From Candidatus Methylomirabilia bacterium (lineage in GTDB: Bacteria; Methylomirabilota; Methylomirabilia; Rokubacteriales; CSP1-6): a stretch of DNA of 21,620 nt. Position 1 is the stretch's first letter; the number at the start of each line of letters is the position of its first letter. The notes under the pieces were generated by a model. It ran no database searches. It worked only from the letters and a program-made list of their open reading frames with translations, and was not told where the DNA came from. Made by a program: the position numbers and the translations under genes. The stretch covers positions 1 through 21,620 of the forward strand of contig JBGPXN010000070.1 of assembly GCA_041492755.1 (NCBI GenBank). The letters are read 5' to 3'. Shown here in pieces: positions 1 through 9,600 of the stretch.

Positions 1-310
1 CATTCTCCTTCAAGAGCGCGAGCGTCTCCGCCTTGGTGGTATTGGCGTGCTCCTTGGCGTGCTTGGCGTTGCCCTCGTGGATCATGTCCATGGTCAGGTT
101 CGGCAGGGGCTTGCCCTTGGCGACCATGTCCACGAGGCCCGCGATCCCCGCATGACTCACCGCCACGTGATGGGCCACGACCCCCACGATCCACTGCTCG
201 CCCGACGTAGTCTTCTTCCAGTCGGCATCGCTCAGCTTCTCGACGGTCGAGTTCATCTCGCGGCACGTCTCGTCGAACTTCTTGGCCAGCTGTTCGGCAC
301 GCGCTCCCAT
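1..310 (-). CDS. DinB/MDMPI-like superfamily protein (3' end runs off the window)
   Basis: Not in the ORF track; translated by hand from ATG at 310: MGARAEQLAKKFDETCREMNSTVEKLSDADWKKTTSGEQWIVGVVAHHVAVSHAG... The LSDADW...W-x-V-xx-V-x-H-H pattern is DinB-like. RBS AAGGAGGG lies just upstream. Confidence 0.75.
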   Translation of the reverse strand, partial: MGARAEQLAKKFDETCREMNSTVEKLSDADWKKTTSGEQWIVGVVAHHVAVSHAGIAGLVDMVAKGKPLPNLTMDMIHEGNAKHAKEHANTTKAETLALLKEN

Positions 311-389
311 ATTGCCCTCCTTGGTGCGAAGTGAACGGTGTGCTGCACGGGAACCCTTGCGCCCCGCGACCTCCACGATAAACCCGGAG

Positions 390-476
390 TCAAATACGTC
401 TCAGGTAGGCTCTCCACGGCTTCCAGTAATGCTCTCGCCGTCCCCGGTTGATACTCGCGGCATTCGCATCCGCGAC
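390..476 (-). pseudogene. C-terminal fragment of an SRPBCC/AHSA1-like protein
   Basis: Hand translation VADANAASINRGRREHYWKPWRAYLRRI* resembles the AHSA1-type terminal helix (gW..hYW.Pw..YL). It has no start codon and is fused out of frame to the DUF899 fragment. Confidence 0.55.
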
Positions 477-604
477 ACCCATGGGAGCTCACGCCGCTCA
501 CGGCTCAACTGGTCACGGAGTCGCGTGAACTCCTTCTCCTTCGCCAGGTGCTCCCGGCGGGCGGCGATCCACTCGTCTCGCGACACGACCTTGTGGTCTT
601 TCAT
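476..604 (-). pseudogene. DUF899 (thioredoxin-like) protein, N-terminal 43 aa only
   Basis: MKDHKVVSRDEWIAARREHLAKEKEFTRLRDQLSRERRELPWV is the typical DUF899 N-terminus, with RBS AAGGAGG at 610-616. Similarity stops abruptly after LPWV. Confidence 0.85.
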
Positions 605-637
605 GGCGTCCTCCTTGAGCCGGCACGTCAGTCCCGG

Positions 638-790
638 TCACGCTCTCCCCGGCTTACCCGCGAGCACCTCGAACAGGGTGTCGAACGAGCCGATCCAGCC
701 GTGGCTGTGGTCATCGCGAGACGTCTTGGTGTCGAACGACTCGTGACGCAGCGTCATCTCGGTCCTGTTGCCGATAGCCCGGAACGTCAG
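638..790 (-). pseudogene. SRPBCC/AHSA1 domain protein, C-terminal fragment
   Basis: LTFRAIGNRTEMTLRHESFDTKTSRDDHSHGWIGSFDTL matches the SRPBCC C-terminus (T...L.H...H..GW). SRPBCC genes commonly precede DUF899. The 5' part is missing and the break is at 790/791. Confidence 0.8.
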
Positions 791-804
791 AGCGTAGGCG
801 ACAC
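791..804 (+). repeat. 14-bp remnant of the left end of the 113-bp element
   Basis: AGCGTAGGCGACAC versus element AGCATAGGCGACAC (13/14). It is preceded by CAG as in copy 2, has the same orientation, and lies exactly at the SRPBCC breakpoint. Confidence 0.65.
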
Positions 805-982
805 GCCGGCTTGAGGTAATCCGGGCGCATCCGGCGCACGGGCAGGTACGTGCCCGTGAACTGCGAGGTCCGCCCGGCCCCGACGGCAAGCGGCACCAGG
901 GACCGAGGCGTGGCCCGGCCACGTCGCAGGGAGGAGCGACGAGTCAACGCCGCGGATGGGCCGTCTTCATCGGCCGGGCTCG

Positions 983-2242
983 TTAGCCGCGGTCGACCAG
1001 CGGTCGCAGGCGGGGTAGCACCGCCGCTACCCCGACGGAGATCGCGGCAAGCACGAGCCACGGCAGCCGATACGAGTCCGTCAGCGCCAGCATCCAGCCG
1101 AACAGGGGCGGCCCCACCAGCACCCCGCTCCATGCAAACACCGTCGCCAATCCCGTGAGCAAACCCGCCGACGCGGCGCCGCCGATCTCCGCGACGAGCG
1201 CGAAATAGAGCCCGACCCAGCCGAAGGCGCCGACGCCCGCCACGAAGGCGAGCACGACGGCGGCACCGAGCGGCAATCGATCGCCGAACGCGAAGCAGAC
1301 GTAGGCGGCGGCGCCGATGAGCGCATTGATGGCCAGGCCCGGACGCCGCCGGCCGAAAAAGAGTCGGTCGCTCACCACCCCCCACCCCAGGCGGCCGGCG
1401 ACGCCGCCCAGGTGCGCGAGCGCGAGCAGGCGTGCGGCCTCGACGCTCGAGATCGCGAACGTCTCGCGCGCGAACAGCACGAGATAGCCGAGCAGCGACG
1501 ACTGAGCGATCGACAGCGCGAGGCCGGCCCCGAAGATCACGGCGACGCCGCGCCGGCGCAGGAACGGGCCGAGCGCTCTGAAGCGGGCCGGCGCGGCCGG
1601 CCGCGCGGCGTAACGGACCGCCGGCGCGCGATAGGCGAGGACGACCACGAGGGCCATGACGATGGCGGCCGCGCCCGCCGTGGCCATCGCGATGCGCCAG
1701 TCGAGCGCCGCGGCAATCGGGGGCAACGACAGCGCGGCGACGATGCCACCCAGGGTCAGCCCGGCCTGCTTGATCCCCATCGCCACGCCGCGCTCGCGCG
1801 CGGGGAACCAATCATAGACCGCCTTGCCCGTGGTGGGATTGAGCACGCTGAAGCCGAAGCCGGCGAGCACCAGGCAGGCGAGCAGCGCCGGGAAAGACGG
1901 CGCCCCTGCCGCGAGCGCCGCCAGCGCGCCGACGGTCACCAGGCCACCGGCGAGCGGCAGGCCGACGCCGCGCCGCTCGGTGAGCCACCCGACCGGCACG
2001 GCCATGAGCACTCCGCCCAGGTACACCGCGGGCAAGAGCAAGCCGACCCGCGCGCGCGACAGGCCGAACGCATCCAGGAAGAAGGGCGCCAGTGGCGCGA
2101 CGGCGAGCGCGGCGATCGAGCCGAACGCGTGGCCCGCGGTCACCAGGCTCAGCGCGACCCACCGAAACCGTGGAGCGGGCGATGGGGCCGACACGCCCAG
2201 CGGCGGAGACGAAGGCTCCACGCCAAGGGGGACGACGCGCAT
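983..2242 (-). CDS. MFS transporter
   Basis: 419 aa with about 12 hydrophobic segments. Motif A-like GWLTERRG and GVVSDRLFFGRRR, plus WFPARERGVAMG. Confidence 0.92.
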   Translation of the reverse strand: MRVVPLGVEPSSPPLGVSAPSPAPRFRWVALSLVTAGHAFGSIAALAVAPLAPFFLDAFGLSRARVGLLLPAVYLGGVLMAVPVGWLTERRGVGLPLAGGLVTVGALAALAAGAPSFPALLACLVLAGFGFSVLNPTTGKAVYDWFPARERGVAMGIKQAGLTLGGIVAALSLPPIAAALDWRIAMATAGAAAIVMALVVVLAYRAPAVRYAARPAAPARFRALGPFLRRRGVAVIFGAGLALSIAQSSLLGYLVLFARETFAISSVEAARLLALAHLGGVAGRLGWGVVSDRLFFGRRRPGLAINALIGAAAYVCFAFGDRLPLGAAVVLAFVAGVGAFGWVGLYFALVAEIGGAASAGLLTGLATVFAWSGVLVGPPLFGWMLALTDSYRLPWLVLAAISVGVAAVLPRLRPLVDRG

Positions 2243-2285
2243 CGCGTCTCTCAGACTACGCTGCCGACGTGAAGTTGAAGGCCGA

Positions 2286-2694
2286 CTATTGCCGAAGCGG
2301 ATTCACGGCGACGCCCTCCGCCCACGGCTTTCGGCACAGCCCCTCGTCGAGCGTGGCGAGCCGGAGCCGGCTGGTCCTGGCCAGGGCCACGAGATAGGCG
2401 TCGGTCACTTCGTTCGCGCCCTCCAAGCCGGCGAGCACCGTTCCCGGCAGGGCATCGGCGACAAACGTGGCGCCCTTCAGGCGCGTCAGGTCGTGGAGGA
2501 CGGCCTTCGCGTCCGCGAACGGCGAACGACGCTCGGAAAGCCGGGCTCATGCTCACCCGAAGAAAACCGCGATGTGTGAGCGGGCAGGTGTAGAAGCGCC
2601 CCTGTGACTCCAGCCATCGGCGCGTCCCGCGGTGATCGGCGTGGGACTTCCAGGCGCAGGCCACGAAGAAGTTCACGTCGAGCAGATGGCTCAC
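2286..2694 (-). pseudogene. vapC: VapC PIN-domain toxin, frameshifted by a 7-bp tandem duplication
   Basis: N-terminus MSHLLDVNFFVA...H...WL...CPLTHRGFLR. Removing one GCGAACG copy (2515-2521/2522-2528) restores a 133-aa PIN protein ending ...EVTDAYLVALARTSRLRLATLDEGL...NPLRQ*. GTGA overlap with the antitoxin stop codon. Confidence 0.88.
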
Positions 2695-2939
2695 GGAAAG
2701 TCCGCGAGGAGCTTCAGTACCTCCTCCGTGGTCATGTCCGGGGCGTTGGGGGGCGCAACGAGGAGCCTTCGCCCCCGTTCCGTGACGAGCCGCGCCCGCG
2801 TCTCGCGCTCCGGTTCAAGGATGATCCGCCCTTCGTGCAGGCTGACCTGGAGCCGGGATCCTGCCCGGAGGCGCAGGGCGCGGCGGACATCCTTCGGGAT
2901 CACGAGCTGTCCCTTGCTGGAAAGCGTTGTCGTCGCCAT
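2691..2939 (-). CDS. vapB: AbrB/MazE/SpoVT-family antitoxin (VapB)
   Basis: MATTTLSSKGQLVIPKDVRRALRLRAGSRL is the AbrB signature, directly upstream of and overlapping the PIN gene. An alternative ATG exists at 2948. Confidence 0.9.
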   Translation of the reverse strand: MATTTLSSKGQLVIPKDVRRALRLRAGSRLQVSLHEGRIILEPERETRARLVTERGRRLLVAPPNAPDMTTEEVLKLLADFP

Positions 2940-2946
2940 GGGCACC

Positions 2947-2963
2947 ATCTTACCCGTCTTACC
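2947..2963 (-). promoter_or_regulatory. Putative -10 box (TAAGAT) with a GGTAAGA direct repeat, candidate vapBC operator
   Basis: Minus strand reads GGTAAGA-CG-GGTAAGA-T. TAAGAT lies 7 nt before ATG 2939, consistent with a leaderless start. Confidence 0.5.
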
Positions 2964-3027
2964 TTGCGGGTCAGGGGCCGGCCCGCCGGCTACGCGCCCG
3001 AGGCGAACGGCCGGACTTGAGCGCGCC

Positions 3028-3360
3028 TACGCGCTCACCGTGGCCGTCCACCGCCTTCGCCAGCTCTTCGCAGCGTGGGGAGGGGGTCAGCTCGCTCAGC
3101 GGGAAGCGACCGCGCGCCTTGGAGACGCCGTCGGGGTGGACGGCGAGCGCGCCGGACTTCACGGCCTCCCACCGCTCGTTGTTGAAGATCACGGTCAGGA
3201 TCGGGAGCGCGTGGGCGCGCTGCACGAAGAGGCCGGAGAGCGGCTCGCCGAAGAAGTAGGCGCCGTCGCCGACGGTCGCGATGACCGTGGACTCCAGCCG
3301 GGCAAGCTTGACTCCGAGGGCTGCACCCAGGCCGAAGCCGAGGCCACTCGAGTGCGGCGA
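3028..3360 (-). pseudogene. Thiamine-pyrophosphate-dependent enzyme, internal fragment of the C-terminal TPP-binding domain
   Basis: SGLGFGLGAALGVKLA...VGDGAYFF...VIFNN contains the GDG-x(n)-NN TPP motif. The 5' end is cut at element copy 1, and similarity ends after GHGERV. Confidence 0.88.
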
Positions 3361-3361
3361 A

Positions 3362-3473
3362 AGCATAGGCGACACAAAGCCCCTTCTCGGACACGGGCGT
3401 CCCGACGCCGCCCCGCCCCTCCACCCTCCGCTTGTCGTACCCCTCCGGTTCATCACGCTGGGCTGCTATACAG
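3362..3473 (+). mobile_element. 113-bp junction element, copy 1 (112 bp)
   Basis: AGCATAGGCGACAC...CTATACAG, with 3 differences from copy 3 (1 deletion, 2 substitutions). It joins a TPP-enzyme fragment to a cytochrome c fragment. The repeat is directly observed; mobility is inferred. Confidence 0.8.
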
Positions 3474-3605
3474 CTGCGCGGCTTCAAGGCGCGCACGGCC
3501 TCGGACCTGGACGGGACGATGACGATGGCCGCCCAGCCGCTGACGGCCGAGGACGTCGAGAACCTCGCCCATTACCTCGCGCGCCTCGATCCCGCGGCAC
3601 GCTGA
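3471..3605 (+). pseudogene. Cytochrome c4/c553-type protein, C-terminal fragment
   Basis: Hand translation QLRGFKARTASDLDGTMTMAAQPLTAEDVENLAHYLARLDPAAR* has the QL..FK...M...A..L...D...LA.Y pattern. CxxCH is absent because the 5' end is replaced by the element. Confidence 0.8.
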
Positions 3606-3647
3606 GCCCGGCCGAGCAGGCATCAGATCGACGGGGCTGGCGGCCCC

Positions 3648-6600
3648 TCAATTCTCACAACCGAGCGGATCCGGGTCGCCGAGCTTCGGCTGACACTGCG
3701 GTCCCTGTGGTTTCGGGTTCGGCCCGTTCGGGTCTGGGCCGCCCGGCGGCTTCGGCGTCTTCGGCAGCGTGAAGTCCGGGTAGAGCGGCGCGTCCACCTT
3801 CAGGTCGAACTTGTTGAACCAGTCCTTCGGGTCCTTGTTCCGGACGTCGCTGATGCTTGGCGTGTTCGGGCCGCCGCTGAAGGTGAACGGCCCGACGCTG
3901 AGCAGGCTACTGCCGTCGCTGCTGCTGCTCGTGCTGCTGTTGCCGCCGGATGTCGGCGCGGGATTGCGCTGCGGGCCCACCGGCGTCTTGCGGACCGGGT
4001 CGGCGGGATCGCTGGGCGCCGGGCACGTCGGACAGAGCGGCGGCGCCGGCGCCTGAGGCTTGGGGTCGAGCATGAGCGGCTTGCTGAGGTTCAGATCGGG
4101 CGGCGGCCCGAGGCACACGAGGCCGTTGCCCGGCGCGTCCTGCAGCCCGCTCGCGTCTTGCCGGTTGACCGGATCGTTCAGCGCGTACGCGTAGAGGTTG
4201 GTGTCGCCGCTCGCGAACAGAATGGGATCGCGCGTGGTCCAGCGCCCGGTGGCGGGGTCGTAGTCGCGCGCGCCGAAGCGCACGAGCCGCGTGTCCCGAT
4301 CGTACAGCCCGCCCGCGAAGCCGAACGGCTGGAAGCCCGGCGCGCTGTCGCCGGTGACCACGCCGAACGCGTCGTAGTCCAGGCGCTGGGCGATGCCCCC
4401 GTCGGCGGCGTTGATCACGAGACGGATGCTGCCGAGCTGGTCTGAGACGAGGCGATAGCGGTTGCCGCCGCGCAGCATGTAGTCGGGCGCGCTCACGCGG
4501 CTGGCGTAGACGAAGCGGCTCACCAGCGCCCCGCTGCCGTTCAGCTCGGCCACAATCCGGCCGCGCTCGTCGTAGAGGAGGCCCTGGACGAGCGCGCCGT
4601 TGACCTTCTTGCCGATCCGCCGGCCCAGGCTGTCCACGACGTACTGGAGCGAGGAGCCACCCGGGAGCGAGACCGCGACGAGGTGGCCGAGCGTGTCGTA
4701 CTGGTACGTCGTCGTCTGGCCGCCTGCCGTCGTGCTCAGCAGCTGGCCGTTCGCCGTGTGGGCGTAGGTCGCGCCGCCGGCGGTGAGGAGGCGATCCTGC
4801 GCGTCGTAGGTGGCGGCCGCGCCATCGGCGGTGAGCCGGTTGCCGGACGCATCGTACGAGTACGTCGTGGTTGCGCCGTCGCGCGTGACGCCGACGAGCC
4901 GCCCGGCGGCGTCGTAGTCGTAGGTGGCGCCCACGCTGACGCCGCCCACGGTCTCGGTGCTGCCCGTGATCCGGCCCAGCGCGTCGCGCGTGTACTGCAC
5001 GTCGTAGACGGCGGTGCCGCCCGCGCCCGCGGTGTAGTGATCGAGCGCTCCAAACACGGTGTAGCTCCGTGTGTCGGTCACCGTTCCGAGCGTCGTGCCC
5101 GTCACGAGGCCGTGGCCCGCGTGCCGCGTCAGCGTCAGGTCGCCGACGGCGGTGAGGAGGCTGTCGGCGTCGTACGTCAGCGCCAGCGCGGCGCCGTTCA
5201 ACGTGCGGGTGACCGTGCGCAAGGCGTCGTCGAAGGTGCGGCCGGCGGTGCCGGTGATCGGCCCGCTCCACGTCTCCGCGGTCCGCAGCACGCCGTCGTA
5301 GGTGTAGTCGAGCTGGACGCCGCCGGGACCGGTGAGGCGCAGCAGGTTGCCGCTGGCGGAATCGTACGCCGCCGTGACGGCGCCGGACGTCTGCACCAGC
5401 TGCGAGGGCCGACCGGCCGCGTCGTACACGACGTCGATCGTCTGGCCGTCGGGCTGGGTGAGTCGCGAGATCCGACCGAGCGTGTCGTAGGCATAGAGCG
5501 TCGCCCCGCCACCGCCCGCGATCGCCGGCGGCGTGTAGCTCGCCAGCTGCTGATCGGCGTTGTAGGCGAACGTGTGGACCCCGCCGCCGGGCGGCGTGAG
5601 CGTGGTGATGTTGCCCGCCGCGTCGTAGGCATACGCGGTCGTCAGATTCCCGGGGTCCGTCTGAGCGCTCGTCTGGCCGACCGCATCGTACGTGAAGCGT
5701 GTGGGCCGCCCGAGCGCATCGTCGATGCGCGCAAGATAGGCGGCGGCCGTGCCGGCGCTGCCGTAGGTCAGGCTGGTTGTTCGCGCCGTGCCGCCGGTGC
5801 CCTCGGTGATCGCGCTGACGCGGCCATCTGCGGTGTAGGCGAAGGCGACGGGCGCCAGGCCGCTCATCTGCGCCCGCGTCACCCGGCCCTGGGCGTCCAG
5901 CACGATCGTGCTCGTGCGCCCGGTCGGGCTCTGGATCGTGAGCGTGCGCGAGCTCCCGTCGTAGCTCGTGGTGGTGGTGTGGCCGTCCACCGTGACGGTC
6001 TCGCCGAGCGTTTGCAGGCTCAGCCCGTTGGCCGGATCGGACAGCGTGGCCTGGCGACTGCGCGTGATCACCTGGTTTCGCCCGCCCGGCGTGGTCAGTG
6101 TCCGCTTGGTGAGCACGGCCGCCTGCATGCCGAAGCGTGGGTCGGGGCCGAACGCCGACGCCACGCGCGTGCCGTCGGGGTAGGTGGCGCTGCTGGTGCC
6201 GTCGCCGTTTTCCAGTAGCGTCGTCTTCGTCCCGTCCGGGAACGTCGTCAACAGACGGCTCCCGCCCGCCGGCTGTCGATCGAAGGCGAGCGTCGTCGTC
6301 TGCCCGGTGGCGGTGAGTGAGACGACGTAGCCCGTCGCGGTGTCGGCCCGGTTGAGCGCGATGACGTGGCCCACGGCGTCCTCGTCGCGCGTGAGCCGGC
6401 CGGAGCTGTCGTACTGCAAGTGATGCGCGCCGCCGCGCGGATCGGTCAGCGTCTGGAGCAAGCCGTCGGCGCCCGAGGCGAGCGTGACGGCTCGGCCGGC
6501 CGGGTCGGTGATCCGGGACAGGTAGCCCCTGGCGTCGACGGTCAACGTCGTACGCTGGCCGTAGGGGCCAACGATACCGGTGGGATTCCCGGCGCCGTCA

Positions 6601-9600
6601 CGCTCGATCGTGGTGACGTTGCCGTCACCGTCGCGGACGCTGGCGAGCCGGCCGGCCACGTCGTAGGCGAACTGGAAGCGGACCGCCGCGGTACGCGCGT
6701 CGAGGGTACGCAGGTGGCGGCCGGTGCCGTCGAACACGTAGAGCTCGCTGGCGTCCTCGGCCGGAACCAGGATGTCGCTGAGTGACAGCCCGGGCAGGAC
6801 CGAACTGATCCGGCGCACGCGCCGGCCGCTGAAGTCGGCGAAGTAGAGACTGTTGTCCGGTCCGACGGCGACGCCCCACAGGCTTCCGACGGAGGCGGCG
6901 AGCGCGGGCCCGCCATCGCCGCACGGAGCGGTCGCCGTCGCGCAGGCCGGGCCGTTGCCGGTGAGCGTGCGGATGATGCCGTCGGGGCCGACGCGGCGCA
7001 CGCGACGGGCCGAGATATCCGCGATGTACAGCGATCCATCGGGGCCCAGGGCGATGCCTTCGGGCGTCGCCAGCGACGCGGCGGCGGCCGGTCCACCATC
7101 ACCGCAGGTCGACGTCCCATCCGCAATGCAGAAGTTGCCGTTGCCCGCCACCGTGGTGAGGATGCCGTCGCGGCCGATGCGGCGCACGCGCGAGAGACCG
7201 AGGTCCGAGAAGTACACGCTGCCGTCCCTGCCCACGGCCACGCTCTCCGGCACGACACGCGTGGCCGTGGCCGGCCCACCCTCGCCGCACGGAGTGCCCT
7301 GCAGGCACGACGTTCCGGGAGCGCCCCCGATGGTGGTGATGATGCCGTCGGGACCGACCCGGCGAACTCGATTCGAGACCGAGTCGGCGATGTAGACCTC
7401 GCCGGCGATCCCGACCGCGACCGAGTGCGGCTGGGCGAGCTGCGCCGCCACCGCGGGCCCGCCGTCGCCGCACGCGCTCACGAAGTCGCACGGCACGCCG
7501 TTGCCGGCGATCGTGGTGATGATGCCGTCCGGACTCACGCGCCGGATCCGGTTCGTCAGGACGTCGGCGATGTAGATGCTGCCGTCGGCGCCGACCGAGA
7601 TGCCCCACGGAATGTTGAGCTGGGCGGCGGTCGCCGGCCCGCCGTCGCCGCACGTTGCGGTGGACGGGGAACAGGCGGCGCCGGTGCCGGCGACGCTGGT
7701 GATGTTGCCGTCCTTGCCGACGCGGCGAATCCGGTTGCCCTGGCGATCGGCGATGAAGACGTCGCCGGTCGGTCCCACCGCCAGACCGAATGGATCGACG
7801 AGCGTGGCCTTCGTGGCCGGGCCACCGTCGCCGCAGCCGGCCACCTGGCAGAACCCGCCGGTCCCGGCGAAGTTCTCGAGTTTCTGCAGACCGGCGGCCG
7901 TGCGCTGCTGGCCCGTGCCGAGGAACAGCACGGGCGTGAGGGGATCGAGGGCGTGCTGGACGCTGAGGCTCCAGCCGCCCAGGTTGAACGTGCGGGCGTC
8001 GGAGCGGCGGAGCTTGGCTTGCCACTCCGTGGCGATCGTGTATTCGCCGCGGGTCCGGTCGGCGGCCAGGATCGCGCTGCCCGGGACTCCGAACGACTGC
8101 GCTATGTCCGCCGCCGAGCGATAGACCGCGTCGTAGATGTTGGCCACCCGGACCGTGGCCGTCTGAGCTCCGATCGACGCCCGGCCGTACGCGTCGAGGC
8201 CGTCCCACTGGAACGTCTGGGTGAGGTTGGGCGCCGGCGCGAAGCTCTGCTGGAACACGCGGCCGGCGATCTGCACGCGTAGATCGATGCGCTTGGGCGA
8301 CGGCGACGTCAGCGTGGGACCGCTGAGCGGGATGCGCAGCGTCGCGCTGTCCGTCCGGCCCGGCACGCGGTCACTCGCATAGTGCAGCGCGAAGCCGGTG
8401 CCGGCGAGCGGGACCGCTTCTCTCAGCACCTGCCGGTGGCACGCGATCGAGGAGCCGCCTTGCTGCTGGCAATCGCCGTCATCCGGTCCACTGTCGGGGC
8501 CGTCGGGACCGGGCCCCGGGCCGGGGCCGGGGCCCGGTCCCGGGCCGGGGCCGGGAGGCGGCCCCGGCGGCGGCCCGGGGGGCGTGGGCGGCGGTGGACC
8601 GTATGGCCAGTTGAGGTCACAGGGCGAGAAGTGCGGGATCGGCACGCGCCAGAGGCTCTGGCCGATCGCATACAGCGCGGCAAGCTGCTGGCGCTCGGCA
8701 TCGGCGAGGACCAGCGGCGGCAGCGTGCCGGCGCCCACGCTGTCGACGACCGCGAGTCCGCCCGTCACGCCGGTGATCTTGATCACCCGCCCGTTGTCCG
8801 ACGCGACCCACGCGGCCATGCCGCGGTCGTAGAACCCGACCGGCACCGCGATGCCGACCGGGAACCCGATGAAGTTCTCGACGTACTGAATGAGCGGCTG
8901 AGAGAAGCTGACGCGCGTGGCGCCCGCGGCCAGGGCCTCGTCGGCACTCAGCTCGACCGCGTACGTGTAGCCGCTCGTCGGCGGCAGCTCTCCGGGCATC
9001 GCGTTCGGTCCGTCGGCGCCGACCGTGTACTCCGTCGCGCGAACGTGCAGATTCGTGACCGGCTGGGTCGAGCCGTCCGCCATCACCATCGTCGCGGCCG
9101 TCCCCGGACGGACGAGGAGCGTGGCCTGTCGACTGCCGCTGGCGTCCGTCGCCACGTTGCCCCGCGCGACCTGCATGACCGCGGCGGTGAGGTCGACGGC
9201 CGTGACCGCGGTGTCCAGGGGGATGAGCACGGCGTCCGGTGCCAGCGCGAAGTTCTGCCACGGCACGTCGACCTGGCGCTGCGCCGCGAGGAACCCGTCC
9301 TGGCGATAGTCGATGACCAGCCGCCCGCCGCCGTTGACCGCCATGTCGAACATGCCGTCGGCTCGGCTCAGCGTCTGGCCGAGCTCGGGGTGATTCAGGA
9401 TGGTGACGGTCACGCCGGCCAGCGGCGTGTTGCTCCGGTCCAGTACGCGGCCGCGCACGACGGCCGCCCGGTCCAGCGCGATCGTGCCGGGCGTGACTCC
9501 CGTCTGGATCGCGTTCGGCCCCGTGTAGAGGAACGCCGTGCCCTTGGCGATCGTGGTCGTGACCCCCGGATCGACGGGCGGCGCGATCGTCCGCGGATCG

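Noticed and set aside
2251..2694. 147-aa ORF as an intact VapC
   Set aside because: The sequence after ASFA is out of frame; the real PIN C-terminus is in another frame ending at 2286.
3024..3032. Inverted GCGTAGGCG at the 3' break of the TPP fragment, resembling the element end
   Set aside because: Only 9 bp, and a comparable GCATAGGCG lies inside the intact regulator gene near 13753, so chance cannot be excluded.
3632..3647. GGGGC/GCCCC hairpin after the teneurin-like stop as a terminator
   Set aside because: Short stem with no U-tract, which is common by chance at this GC content.
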